DNA of 64,000 nt from NCBI GenBank assembly GCA_963817385.1, contig CAWFOM010000025.1, forward strand, positions 32,001-96,000, given 5' to 3'. Positions 9,577 through 20,657 of this stretch are shown piece by piece. The number at the start of each line of letters is the position of its first letter. Position 1 is the stretch's first letter. This DNA is from an uncultured delta proteobacterium. GTDB lineage: Bacteria; Desulfobacterota; Syntrophia; Syntrophales; UBA5619. A model generated the notes under the pieces. The model ran no database searches. It had not been told where the DNA came from and saw nothing but the letters and a program-made list of their open reading frames with translations. The position numbers and the translations under genes were made by a program.

Positions 9577-11097
9577 TCATTTTCCGGGGAAGGTCCGGTT
9601 ATAGAGAGCGTCAAAACCGTCCTTTCCCACTGCCAGCATCAGTGTGAGCGGCATGACCTTCCTCCCTTCGGCTACCATCTGCATGGCGGTCTCCCGAATG
9701 TCCCACTGGGCGTGGCCATCCGCACGGACCCGGGCGAGATGGTAGAGCTCGCGGGCGCTGACCCGCATCACCACCCGGCGCCGGTGGGCGTTCGTGAGGA
9801 TAGAGGCGGCCGCCGCGGGCGCCGCCCGGCGGATCTTCTCCCAGATCTCCTCCGTGCGGGCGCAGATATCGCGGAAGGGGCTCTCCATGCCGATCGCGGC
9901 GACGCCGGGAGGGACCGTAACGCCGAGCGCCGGGGCGTAGTCCTGGCAGGTGATCGAGGCCATCCGGTGCCGTTTTATCTGGGCGAAGCAGGTGGCGCTG
10001 ATCGTGAGCTCGAAGGTAAGCCCGACATGCTCGAACTCCCGCGGGGCGGCGTCGTACGGTTTCATCCGCTCGAGCGCGGTCTTGACGAGCGCCTCCTTTT
10101 CATGGCGGCCCATGCGCGCAGCGGTCTCCCGGCAGCCGGCAAGCGGGAGGTGCGATGCGCTGTGGAGGAGTGCCGCAACGACCTTGTCGTCGGCCTCCGG
10201 CGTCGCGTCGAGCAGGCGGACGAGGCGATCCGCGTCCCCGCGGCCGGAGGCAGTCGCTCCCGCCGCGCCCTGATAGGCCCCGGGCGCCCCGCCGGGGGAG
10301 GCGTGCGTGGTTGCGATGATCCGGGCCGCCTGCTTCCTGAGCGCATCGGGCGTCTCCCGGTCGTAGGCCGTCGGTTCCGTGTAACGGACGAGCGACGGGG
10401 CGACCCCCTTCGCGGCGTCATAGAGCTGCCGGCTGCACTCACGCGCCTCGTCAAGGGGCGAGGCGGCGAGGCGGCGGATCATGAGTTCGAGATTCCGGGC
10501 GTTCACGGTCATCCCGAGCTGGGTCTCGGTGGCGAGCGGGATGATGTAGCGGGCGTCCTCCTTCGCCCATCCCTCGATCAGAGAGCGGTTGGCCGGATCG
10601 GCGGCAAGCCCCGGGTTCTTCTCGAAGACGTACGGGACGAGTTTCTCGAATAGCTCGCGGTAGCAGCGGTGCTGCGCATGGACGGTGGCGATGAAGGCAT
10701 CCTCCAGACCGGCCTGACGGACCTCGGCGGGGATGACGAAGTCGTCCTTAAACAGGACGTAGCGCTGAGATTTTTCGGTATAGGAAGCGAGCCGGAATTT
10801 TTCGATCTCTTCGACCAGGAGACGGGAAACCTTGAGGATGTCCAGATTGAAGACGGCATGCTCGGCGATCGAACTATGGCCCATTTCGAAGACGATGTTC
10901 CGGTTGGAGGCGCGCGCCTTCTCCACCTCGCCGCGCGCGAGCATCCGTAACTCGTTCACCGGCCGCGGATTCCGGCTGATCCTGGCGTAGGCTGCGGCGA
11001 TGGTCTCCGGGGTCAGGTCCTGCCGCTCGGGGTGCTCGGCGACGAACTCCCGGATGATCTCATAGTCGATGTTGTGTCCCGCAAGAATGACTTCCAT
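9577..11097 (-). CDS. thyX: FAD-dependent thymidylate synthase with two tandem ThyX-like domains
   Basis: GHSSIAEH, SYTEKSQRY, EDARY in N-half; REFEH, QIKRHRMAS, HAQWDIR in C-half; start placed at MEVILAG after GGGAGG. Confidence 0.88.
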   Translation of the reverse strand: MEVILAGHNIDYEIIREFVAEHPERQDLTPETIAAAYARISRNPRPVNELRMLARGEVEKARASNRNIVFEMGHSSIAEHAVFNLDILKVSRLLVEEIEKFRLASYTEKSQRYVLFKDDFVIPAEVRQAGLEDAFIATVHAQHRCYRELFEKLVPYVFEKNPGLAADPANRSLIEGWAKEDARYIIPLATETQLGMTVNARNLELMIRRLAASPLDEARECSRQLYDAAKGVAPSLVRYTEPTAYDRETPDALRKQAARIIATTHASPGGAPGAYQGAAGATASGRGDADRLVRLLDATPEADDKVVAALLHSASHLPLAGCRETAARMGRHEKEALVKTALERMKPYDAAPREFEHVGLTFELTISATCFAQIKRHRMASITCQDYAPALGVTVPPGVAAIGMESPFRDICARTEEIWEKIRRAAPAAAASILTNAHRRRVVMRVSARELYHLARVRADGHAQWDIRETAMQMVAEGRKVMPLTLMLAVGKDGFDALYNRTFPGK

Positions 11098-11265
11098 CGG
11101 TTGTCTCGTCCCTCCCTGGGTTGATTCGTGGTACCGGAGGATCCCCGGAGCTTGGCGGGGGACCATCTTCCGTAAAATGTTCCGTTTCATCCAGGCCGAT
11201 TTGTGGTAATCTGACCCTGTAGGAAATCGATTCCGTGTCTGATCGGATTATCGGGGGTAGTAAAA

Positions 11266-11889
11266 ATGGGCCTTCTCAGTCTCCTCATGAAAGATCCGCT
11301 TACCTTTGTTCTGCTGGCGGTTCCGCTGCTTTATTCCATCATCATCCATGAACTGGCCCACGGCTGGGTGGCGTATCGCATGGGGGATCCCACGGCCAAA
11401 TATCAGGGCCGGCTGACCCTCAATCCCCTGAAACATCTCGATCCGATCGGAACCGCCATGCTCTTTCTCGTCGGGTTCGGCTGGGCCAAGCCCGTGCCGG
11501 TCGATTTCAACCGCCTTCGTAACTCTCGTCTCGGGTTGATCCTGGTTTCTTCCGCCGGGATCATCGCCAATATGGTTGTTGCCTTTATCGCTGTCCTGCT
11601 GCTTCACCTTATGTCTCCGTCTCCGTCGGGATCGATGGGGCAACTTCTGTATTATCTGGCGCAGATCAATATCATGCTGGCCTCGTTCAACCTGATCCCC
11701 ATTCCACCCCTGGACGGCTCGAAGATCCTCATGGGATTCCTGTCGGAAAGGCTCCGGTACTCTTTTTCCCGCCTTGAACCCTATGGATTCTTCATTATCA
11801 TCGGTCTTCTGTACCTGGGGGCTCTGGACCCGGTCATCCATTTCTTTCGGTGGATCATCCTTGCCCTGATCGGGCTTGTGCTCTCCTGA
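11266..11889 (+). CDS. Site-2 protease (peptidase M50)
   Basis: HELAH, GDPTAK..GRLTLNP, FNLIPIPPLDG. Confidence 0.93.
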   Translation: MGLLSLLMKDPLTFVLLAVPLLYSIIIHELAHGWVAYRMGDPTAKYQGRLTLNPLKHLDPIGTAMLFLVGFGWAKPVPVDFNRLRNSRLGLILVSSAGIIANMVVAFIAVLLLHLMSPSPSGSMGQLLYYLAQINIMLASFNLIPIPPLDGSKILMGFLSERLRYSFSRLEPYGFFIIIGLLYLGALDPVIHFFRWIILALIGLVLS

Positions 11890-11934
11890 AGCACGTTGCT
11901 TCCCTGCGCAGCAAATGATGCGGATTGAGGTGCG

Positions 11935-12759
11935 TCACCGGGATTGTTCTAACAGCGTATCACCCGCAGAGTATTGCCCCAGGCCGATGAGATTAAAATA
12001 CTCCGTAATTTTCAAACCGATGGTTGTCTCCAGATTGTCCACGGCATCCGGCATCGGCGATTTTATTTCTATCACGCCGAAGTCGCGGATGAGCTTTTCG
12101 ACGAGGGATTGGGCAAGATAGACGATGCCGGTGACGGGAAACGAGTTTTTTCTGAGGACGAACCGATTCTCCAGGACAACGTCCGCCAGGAATTCGGGTA
12201 GGGTCAGCTTTTCGATAATCTTGACGGCCAATTCCTGATGGTGCTTCTCGATAAAAGAGGGTTCTATGGTGACATTTTTCTCGGCTTCATAGATGGCGAT
12301 GACCACTTTGCCGAGGGTAACAAACAGACCCCCGATTTCAGCCCTTTCTATGGCATCCTTGTTCATGTGCATCTGTTCCGCGATGACTTTGGCGAACACG
12401 GATACGGCAAAACTTTCGACCTCGATCATTCTGTGCGCCGTGCCCAACCGGGAAAATAGCGTCAAGGCGATGATGAACAGCTTTGCCGGCTGCATGCCGA
12501 TCGAAGTGATGACATCATTGAATTTTTCCACCTTGCCGTAGCGGTGCATCCCGTAATAGACCGAACAGGACATATTTCTCAGGCGCAGTGCAAGCTTCAC
12601 ATCGACCATGTTTTCGATGCCGGCGATCTCTTCTTCGGAAGATTCCGTGTTATCGAGGATATGGAAGATCCGGGGGTTTATCCCGATATTCTCGCTGTCC
12701 ATGACGAACTCTTCGATTGCGTCAAACAGGTTGGGATCTTCCCGATGATCGTCAGTCAT
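11935..12759 (-). CDS. HDOD-like domain protein
   Basis: LALRL..SVYYG, AEIGGLFVTLGKVV, HHQELA..LTLP pattern of HDOD with degenerate HD. Confidence 0.65.
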   Translation of the reverse strand: MTDDHREDPNLFDAIEEFVMDSENIGINPRIFHILDNTESSEEEIAGIENMVDVKLALRLRNMSCSVYYGMHRYGKVEKFNDVITSIGMQPAKLFIIALTLFSRLGTAHRMIEVESFAVSVFAKVIAEQMHMNKDAIERAEIGGLFVTLGKVVIAIYEAEKNVTIEPSFIEKHHQELAVKIIEKLTLPEFLADVVLENRFVLRKNSFPVTGIVYLAQSLVEKLIRDFGVIEIKSPMPDAVDNLETTIGLKITEYFNLIGLGQYSAGDTLLEQSR

Positions 12760-13263
12760 CCCTCACTCCTTGTGTCTGAGTGGTTCGGGGTTGTTTCATC
12801 TGCGGAACGACCGCCCGTCCGGATGGCTGACGACGAGTAAGCCGATCCCGCTTCAACGCCGCTCAACACCACCCGCATTCGACTGACCATGCCGACATGG
12901 GTAACTTAAAGAATATGAGGTTGAAAAGCAAGCAATAATCTTTTTCACGCAGAGGCAAGCGGCGGATCCTCCCGGCGGGACATTATGGATCCGATTTTCC
13001 CCCCGGAGTCTGCCTTCTGCGGGCGGCGGCAGGACGAGCGGAATCTCCGGTTTAACGTGAGGAAGGAAGATGGATGCGATGATGAAAAAGGTGGCAATCT
13101 AGTGAACTCGGCCCGAGGGCACAAGCGGCCGCGCGCAAGTTTTCATGAAGACCACGGCGGCATCCTCTCCAGCCCTGCGTTCTCCCCGGTGATCAATACG
13201 ATCTTGAGCAACAGCGAGGTGCAGACATCACGGGTTGAAAGAAAAAACGGGTAACAATATTTT

Positions 13264-13809
13264 TCAAATAACGTAAGGAATAAACCTTTTGGTTTTCAGC
13301 ATGTAATGCCGGTATCTTTCACCGAAATATTCTATGTTTTCTTTTTCTTCCATCAATGCGGCGAAAATACATGAACAGGTTGCAATCAAAGCAACTATGA
13401 GCAAAGCGACTTCGATATTTCTTAATAAAATTCCCCAAGCCAGAAATAGAAGCGAGCTGTACATGGGGTGCCGGACATACTTGAAAATCCCGGACTCTAT
13501 CAATACTGTAGTTTTCTCAAAATCGAACAGAGTATGATCACGTCGCTGCTTGCTCACGATGCCCTTTTTCCGCATAATAAATACGGCTGAAAGGACAAAC
13601 ACTAAGGAAGCGATCATAATCGCCGAGGAAATCAATTGCTGAAGGTCAAATTTTTCTACTATTAAATACCGGTAATTTTGAATCGAAAGCCATAAAATAC
13701 ACTCCCACACAACCAATCGATACAAGCCATGGTTTTTCAGACTTAACAGGCATCGCCAGGAAAGAGTTAATAGCGGCAGCGAAAGGACGCAAAAAAAAAT
13801 AACTTTCAT
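13264..13809 (-). CDS. Isoprenylcysteine carboxylmethyltransferase/PEMT family membrane protein
   Basis: SGIFKYVRHPMYS, EE.ENIEYFG..Y..Y...TKRFIP; AT-rich relative to flanks. Confidence 0.85.
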   Translation of the reverse strand: MKVIFFCVLSLPLLTLSWRCLLSLKNHGLYRLVVWECILWLSIQNYRYLIVEKFDLQQLISSAIMIASLVFVLSAVFIMRKKGIVSKQRRDHTLFDFEKTTVLIESGIFKYVRHPMYSSLLFLAWGILLRNIEVALLIVALIATCSCIFAALMEEKENIEYFGERYRHYMLKTKRFIPYVI

Positions 13810-14131
13810 TTCTGACTAATGGTCAACCGGGTTCGTTAGATGTAATGTTTTCACGTCAGGTACGGCAATGGATGGATATTCACTGTTCGACCCTCGATGA
13901 ATTTCATCTTTTTTTGATAAGGTATTACTTTTTCACGGGGGGAGTATATGAAGAACGGTCTCGAGTGTCAATTGGATTTTGGCCACAAAATATGGGGTTC
14001 GGTAGTGATGGAAGGTGTATATCGGATTGGCTAACACTTTCAGAGGAAGAAGCAGATGTTTAGCGCTTCTAAACCCAGGCACTAAGTGATCAGTGCGGCT
14101 CATCTGAGCCATCCCAGTCTACCGATAACTT

Positions 14132-15718
14132 TTAGTAGTACAGGTTATCCTTGAGAAGGAGTTCATAGAGCATATTATCTTGGAGAGTCACGTCTTTAAA
14201 GAGTGTCCCATGCTCCCTGCAGACGAACAGCGTATTGGCTTTCCTGAAGCCCGCCAGCATGCTCATCCTGGTCACCTTCCCGTCTCCGGGTTGAAAATAA
14301 CTCTCCAATTCGACGGGGATATCGTAGGCGATGGCAAATCCTTCTTCCTCAGCGTTATCCTGTTCCTTAATTACTCCCACTTGCTCTTCCATACTCGTCT
14401 GTTCCAGTAACACACTCCTCCCTTTAATCATGCCCCTGTGCAGGGTAACGGCACAATCACCCCCCATGAGTTTGAGAACATCATTGATAACCGTGTTGTT
14501 GTCAGTCTTCCGCAATAGCTGGGAAAATTCTTCGGCGCGTTGCAGCGATATTTTTATCAAGTGCTGTTTTGCATCACGATCCGGGTAATACTCGTATGGA
14601 TTGAACGCCGACCACTGCAGTTCTTGCCAAGTAACGGGATTGAGGAGTGAAAATTTGTACAGAACCGAGTTGCATGCCGCGGTATTGTCCAGTTTTTGCA
14701 GCGTTTTTTTTGTATCTTCGTCAAGAGGGATGAAGCATTCCTGAGTGCATGCCGGGGGAAGAAGCTGATAGGCCGCGGGCATCGTAATGATGATTCTTTT
14801 GACATCGTCTTTGCTGAGCGTTTCCACCCCTTCGCCGGAAAAAAACCCCCGGAGGATTTCCAGAGAACCGCCGCTGGGTGTGCCGAGCAGAACGACCTTC
14901 CCAATATTTATCGGAAGCCCCTTGTCCGGTTCCATCCCGCCGATACTGCCATAGATACGTGCCTGCCCCTGACTGGCCTGCTTGCAGAACGAGTGATAGC
15001 CCAGGTAGAAACGGGCAATGAGGCCGCCCATGCTATGTGCCACAATGTTGAACTTTACCCCCCGATTCTGCGGGTAATATTTTTCCGTGATCTTCGTTAT
15101 GAACCTCTCCAAATTGACGGCGTTGAGGACATTATCCCTCCTCCAGTCATAGTAGAAAATGAAGAGGTTTCCCTTGGGATTGGTATTGTTGTCCTCGATC
15201 AGTTCGATCAGGTTTCCCTTGGCATCATACTTGATGCCGGCGTTTTTGCTGATAAATCCACCATAGTCGACGAGAGTATCGATGAGACTCTGGTAGATAT
15301 CAATTTCCGACATGTCTTGAAACCAACCGAAGAGACGCCAGCGCGAAAAGATGTTGGTGGCCCTGACGTTGCTGTCGACATTGAATACTTCATAGGAGTC
15401 GGACAATCCATTTATTAGTCCGATGGGCAATTCCAGATCGTCGAAATCCGCCTTGCTGAATTGCCACCATCCACCCCAGACATTTCGGTCTTTCTCAATA
15501 TTTTTGAGTTCCGAACCTTTGATCCCCGGAATGATGATTACCGGGTTTCTCTCCAGGTTGACATAGGGTGCATAGATTTTCTTAATCGGCGGCTGCAGGG
15601 CAGCGCAGCCGATGAGAGATAAGGCAAGAATCAGCACGATGGCATTTGTCAGCCCCGTCAATATGCCGGGTGTACTCGCTATATTTTTCCCCGGAGTGTT
15701 CATGTCAACGTGTTCCAT
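14132..15718 (-). CDS. Lipase/LCAT-like alpha/beta hydrolase, probable lipoprotein
   Basis: PVIIIPGIKGSEL, FYYDWRRD, AHSMGG nucleophile elbow, LGTPSGGS, GDGKV, EH; LIGC lipobox-like signal. Confidence 0.85.
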   Translation of the reverse strand: MEHVDMNTPGKNIASTPGILTGLTNAIVLILALSLIGCAALQPPIKKIYAPYVNLERNPVIIIPGIKGSELKNIEKDRNVWGGWWQFSKADFDDLELPIGLINGLSDSYEVFNVDSNVRATNIFSRWRLFGWFQDMSEIDIYQSLIDTLVDYGGFISKNAGIKYDAKGNLIELIEDNNTNPKGNLFIFYYDWRRDNVLNAVNLERFITKITEKYYPQNRGVKFNIVAHSMGGLIARFYLGYHSFCKQASQGQARIYGSIGGMEPDKGLPINIGKVVLLGTPSGGSLEILRGFFSGEGVETLSKDDVKRIIITMPAAYQLLPPACTQECFIPLDEDTKKTLQKLDNTAACNSVLYKFSLLNPVTWQELQWSAFNPYEYYPDRDAKQHLIKISLQRAEEFSQLLRKTDNNTVINDVLKLMGGDCAVTLHRGMIKGRSVLLEQTSMEEQVGVIKEQDNAEEEGFAIAYDIPVELESYFQPGDGKVTRMSMLAGFRKANTLFVCREHGTLFKDVTLQDNMLYELLLKDNLYY

Positions 15719-15918
15719 GACCGACCTCCTTTCAGAGTATAAATCCTTTGCACAGGAGATTTATGAAATATTGTTGTTTTAAAATCCTGTCGTTCAATTA
15801 TACAAATGGTGGCCGGACGAGAAGGAGATTGAATTTAGGCTATCTTTGATACAGCGAAGATACCCTTAGGATGAGATAGAGATCAGCAGGAACTCAAACG
15901 TGGATTGAGATAAACGAT

Positions 15919-15956
15919 AAAAACCCTCCAAGAGAGTTTTTTGCCTCCCTTGGAGG
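15919..15956 (-). terminator. Intrinsic terminator in the leader of the lipase-like gene
   Basis: Minus strand CCTCCAAGGGAG-GCAAAAAA-CTCTCTTGGAGG followed by GTTTTT. Confidence 0.6.
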
Positions 15957-16133
15957 CTTCACCTGATCATTCTTTGGTAACCCCACCTTCTCATTTTACT
16001 CTCCAGAAGGTCAAAGGTTAGGTTGATGGATTACAGGGGATAAGTAATTAATAGCTAACTCATTCAGGGAGGAGCTGTCAAGGGATAAATTGCAGCCTTA
16101 AATTGGCGCCGAACAACAATCGGGAAAATTCAT

Positions 16134-16170
16134 ACCGCCCCTCCCCGACAGTTTGAACGGGAGGGGCGGT
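16134..16170 (-). terminator. Terminator-like hairpin after the OsmC-like gene
   Basis: ACCGCCCCTCCC / GGGAGGGGCGGT perfect 12-bp stem. Confidence 0.55.
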
Positions 16171-16199
16171 AGGTGATGAGACAGGGTGCTCCGAAAGGT

Positions 16200-16664
16200 C
16201 TATACTTCTTCGATCACGAGATCATCTTCGATCCGGATGCACCCGATCACGCTTTGCGCGGCGGGGCACCGCGTGATGTAGGAGGAAAAGGCCTCCCGGG
16301 CCTCCGCGATCTTCTCGTGCGGTATCTTCAGATGGTACGTCGCCCCGATCCGGGTGATCTTCAGGACGCCGTTGACATTCTCGATGTCCCCCTCTACGTC
16401 CGCCCAGTAGCGGTCTTCCGGGGTCGGGATCTTTTTTCCGGCCAGCAGCGTGGCCAGTGTCCCCATCATTCAGCCCGCGGTAGCGGCCACGATGTGATCG
16501 AGCGTGGCCGCATGCTCCACCTCCGGTTCGATCTTGTAGAATTTCTTGATGCCGCCGTGGACGCCGTAATAGATGGGTTCACAGAACCCCTCGATCATGG
16601 CCCGCCGGGTCGGCCCCTTTTCCCTGACGATCTTGATTTTCGATGTGTGGACGATTTCTCCCAT
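16200..16664 (-). CDS. OsmC-family protein with in-frame UGA (probable selenocysteine at codon 65)
   Basis: ORFs 16470..16730 and 16200..16469 are the same frame, separated only by TGA (16470-16472) in AATAG-U-MMGT, the first OsmC Cys position; second Cys in RCPAAQSV; SECIS-like hairpin downstream. Confidence 0.85.
16438..16457 (-). promoter_or_regulatory. Candidate bacterial SECIS for the OsmC-like UGA
   Basis: CUGGCCA-CGCUGC-UGGCCGG stem-loop starting 13 nt after UGA. Confidence 0.6.
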
Positions 16665-16736
16665 GATGCTCCTCCTTGGGTTGTCGGCGATTCGGGATGC
16701 GGATCGGGTCGACCCTCTTCTTCCCTGCATCAGCCG

Positions 16737-17069
16737 TCAATGACGTTTCTCGGGCAGGCGTTCGACGAAGGCCTTCGCCTTGTTCAGCCACCCTTCCAGT
16801 TTTTTCCCGGCGCAGGCCCGCTCTTCCACCATGACCCATCCCTTCATGGCACGGCCGGTGATATCGAACTCCTTGACCCTGGGATGTTGCAGGGCCAGTG
16901 CTGCCTCCTCCTCGCCGAGCCTGAGGATCAGATAATCCTTGATGATGCCGCAAACGATGTTCCCGTTCAGGAGATAACAGACCCCGCCGAACATCTCCTT
17001 GGGGGTGACATTATCCCATGTTGAAACGATTTCGATAATCCGCCGGTCAAGCGCTTTGCTGTACGCCAT
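16737..17069 (-). CDS. TfoX/Sxy N-terminal domain protein
   Basis: KEMFGGVCYLLNGN...FDITGRAMKGWVMV motif. Confidence 0.85.
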   Translation of the reverse strand: MAYSKALDRRIIEIVSTWDNVTPKEMFGGVCYLLNGNIVCGIIKDYLILRLGEEEAALALQHPRVKEFDITGRAMKGWVMVEERACAGKKLEGWLNKAKAFVERLPEKRH

Positions 17070-17234
17070 TGTTCCCCTCCCGCCGTTATACCGTCCAGCA
17101 CCCTACTCCCGGCTGCCCGACAGTCACTATAACCATTGCCTGGCGTCTCTGTCCAGCACGATGGCCCAGGTTTTATAGCTGTCGCCGACGAAAATAACTT
17201 ATAGTGCATTGTCACGTCGCGATCGTTCAAAAGG

Positions 17235-18317
17235 TTACCGCTGGATGCGCGCCGAGCCGCCTTGCGCAAACGCGCGCACCTGATCCACGGTCGCCATGGT
17301 GGTATCGCCCGGGAAGGTTGTCAGGAGCGCGCCGTGCGCCCAGCCCAGATTGACGGCCTCCTGCGGCTCTTCACCCGTGAGGAGGCCGTAGAAAAACCCG
17401 GACGCGTACCCATCGCCGCCGCCGACGCGATCGTAAACGTCGAGTTCGCAGGCGGGTGAAACGTAGGTCGTGCCGTTAATCCACGCCACCGCGCCCCAGG
17501 AATGCCGGTTGGTCGAGTGCACCTCCCGGAGGGTTGTCGCGACCACCTTGACCTGCGGGAATTTCTTCACCACCTGATCGATCATCCCGAAGAACGTGCT
17601 CGGGTCGAGTGTGGATTTTGCGGCGACTTCGGGACCCGGGATGCCGAGCCCCATCTGCAGATCTTCCTCGTTCCCGACGAGGACATCCACATTCTCGACG
17701 ATGCGTCCGATAACCGACAGCGCGCGTTCGTGGCCGCCCCAGATGTTCCACAGCTTCGCGCGATAATTCAAGTCAAAGGAGATCACCGCGCCCGCCGCCT
17801 TCGCCGCCTTCATCCCTTCGATGATCGCTTCGCCGGTTGTTTCCGATAATGCCGCAAAAATGCCGCCGCTGTGGAACCAGCGCACGCCGCCGGCAAAGAT
17901 CGTTTTCCAGTCGAAGTCGCCGGGTTTGAGCTGCGCCGCGGCTTCGTTCGCGCGGTTGTAAAAGACGACCGGCGCACGCACACCCTGCCCGCGATCGCTG
18001 TACACCGTCGCCATATTCGGGCCGTTTACGCCGTTGTGTTTGAATTTTTTGTAAAAGGGCGTGACGCCCATGGCTTTCACGCGCTCGGCGATCAGATCCC
18101 CAATGGGATAATCGACCATCGCGGTCGCGATGCCGGTCTTCATGCCGAAGCAGTCGGACAGATTGGCGGCGCAGTTGAACTCGCCGCCGCTCACATGGAT
18201 CCGGCATTCAGCGGCCTTGCGGAAGGGAACGATTCCCGGATCGAGGCGGTGGACAAGCGCGCCGATGGAGACAAAATCCAGCGCGCCCTCCTGACGGATA
18301 TTCAGACCGTACTTCAT
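17235..18317 (-). CDS. PfkB-family sugar kinase, 2-keto-3-deoxygluconate kinase-like
   Basis: SGGEFN, FDLNYRAKLW, GNEED, TTLRE, DRVGGGDG motifs. Confidence 0.88.
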   Translation of the reverse strand: MKYGLNIRQEGALDFVSIGALVHRLDPGIVPFRKAAECRIHVSGGEFNCAANLSDCFGMKTGIATAMVDYPIGDLIAERVKAMGVTPFYKKFKHNGVNGPNMATVYSDRGQGVRAPVVFYNRANEAAAQLKPGDFDWKTIFAGGVRWFHSGGIFAALSETTGEAIIEGMKAAKAAGAVISFDLNYRAKLWNIWGGHERALSVIGRIVENVDVLVGNEEDLQMGLGIPGPEVAAKSTLDPSTFFGMIDQVVKKFPQVKVVATTLREVHSTNRHSWGAVAWINGTTYVSPACELDVYDRVGGGDGYASGFFYGLLTGEEPQEAVNLGWAHGALLTTFPGDTTMATVDQVRAFAQGGSARIQR

Positions 18318-18339
18318 TGTGTTCTCCTTTTGTCGGGGA

Positions 18340-19791
<1,452 letters not shown>

Positions 19792-19813
19792 TTGAATTTT
19801 CCTTTCCTTCGCA

Positions 19814-19846
19814 ATCATCCCCCGCCCTCCAGACGGTAGAGGATCT
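19814..19846 (-). repeat. Duplicate of the larA-like gene 3' end (partner 20657-20689)
   Basis: atcatcccccgccctccagacggtagaggatct vs atcatcctccgccctccaggcggtagagggtct, 30/33 identical. Confidence 0.85.
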
Positions 19847-20013
19847 TGATGATTTTACAAATTGTCAATTGATTTTTGCAATTTGTTAGCTTTCTTTACC
19901 CTTCTTTATGAATGAAGTAAAGCCGCTGCGTGGCATTCGTAAACTTCGCCAAAGAAAAAACAATCCTGAATCTAAATTTATGGTATCATAATAACCAATA
20001 AGGGAGGGATGTT

Positions 20014-20256
20014 ATGAATGCCTATGACATGATAGAGATCAAACCGGAGGTAATGCTGGGCAAACCCATCATCAAAGGGACCAGGATACCTGTTGACCTC
20101 ATCGTAAGAAAATTGGGTGAAGGCGCCTCTTTTGAAGATTTGCTCGATGGTTATCCAAATCTGTCGAGAGAAGCCATCCGGGCGGCATTGATTTATGCCG
20201 CCGATATGATCCGTAATGAAACAACCATTTTTTTGAAGACAGGCACTGCCGATTGA
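20014..20256 (+). CDS. DUF433 family antitoxin
   Basis: IEIKPEVMLGKPIIKGTRIPV...YPNLSREAIRAALIYA. Confidence 0.9.
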   Translation: MNAYDMIEIKPEVMLGKPIIKGTRIPVDLIVRKLGEGASFEDLLDGYPNLSREAIRAALIYAADMIRNETTIFLKTGTAD

Positions 20257-20627
20257 ATTCGAGCCCATTGAGTTTTTTAGCAGACGAAAGCTGCGATTTT
20301 TCCCTCATTCGCGCACTGCGGACAGTAGGCTATTCCGTCAAGGCCATCGCTGAAATATCCCCATCATTACCAGATGAAGCGGTACTGGAATTGGCCGTGG
20401 CTGAAAACCGACTATTGATAACAGAAGACAAGGACTTTGGTGAGTGGGTTTTTGCACATCAACATGCGATGACGGGCGTATTGCTAATCCGCTATCCCGC
20501 GAGCATGCGCTCCTCAATGGTTGTCGCTGTGATCGATCTGATTGGGGGACATGCTACAGTTCTTGACGGCAGCTTTACTGTTTTAGAGCCCGGAAGGGCG
20601 CGAATCAGGAAGAAAATCAAGGGTTGA
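20253..20627 (+). CDS. DUF5615 PIN-like toxin
   Basis: FLADES, DEAVLELA..ENRLLITEDKDFGE; overlaps the DUF433 stop codon. Confidence 0.88.
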   Translation: MNSSPLSFLADESCDFSLIRALRTVGYSVKAIAEISPSLPDEAVLELAVAENRLLITEDKDFGEWVFAHQHAMTGVLLIRYPASMRSSMVVAVIDLIGGHATVLDGSFTVLEPGRARIRKKIKG

Positions 20628-20657
20628 CCATCACAAGACATACAAAAGAGTTCGATA

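Noticed and set aside
12840..13260. Intergenic region and 89-aa ORF 12985-13254
   Set aside because: No convincing coding signal, RNA motif or repeat.
13845..14063. 72-aa ORF after GTTAGAT
   Set aside because: No RBS, no recognisable family and no matching attC.
17125..17180. attC-like fold upstream of tfoX (CTATAAA..CCTGGGC/GCCAGG..GTTATAG)
   Set aside because: Inverse core lacks AAC and the spacer is too short; too degenerate to call.
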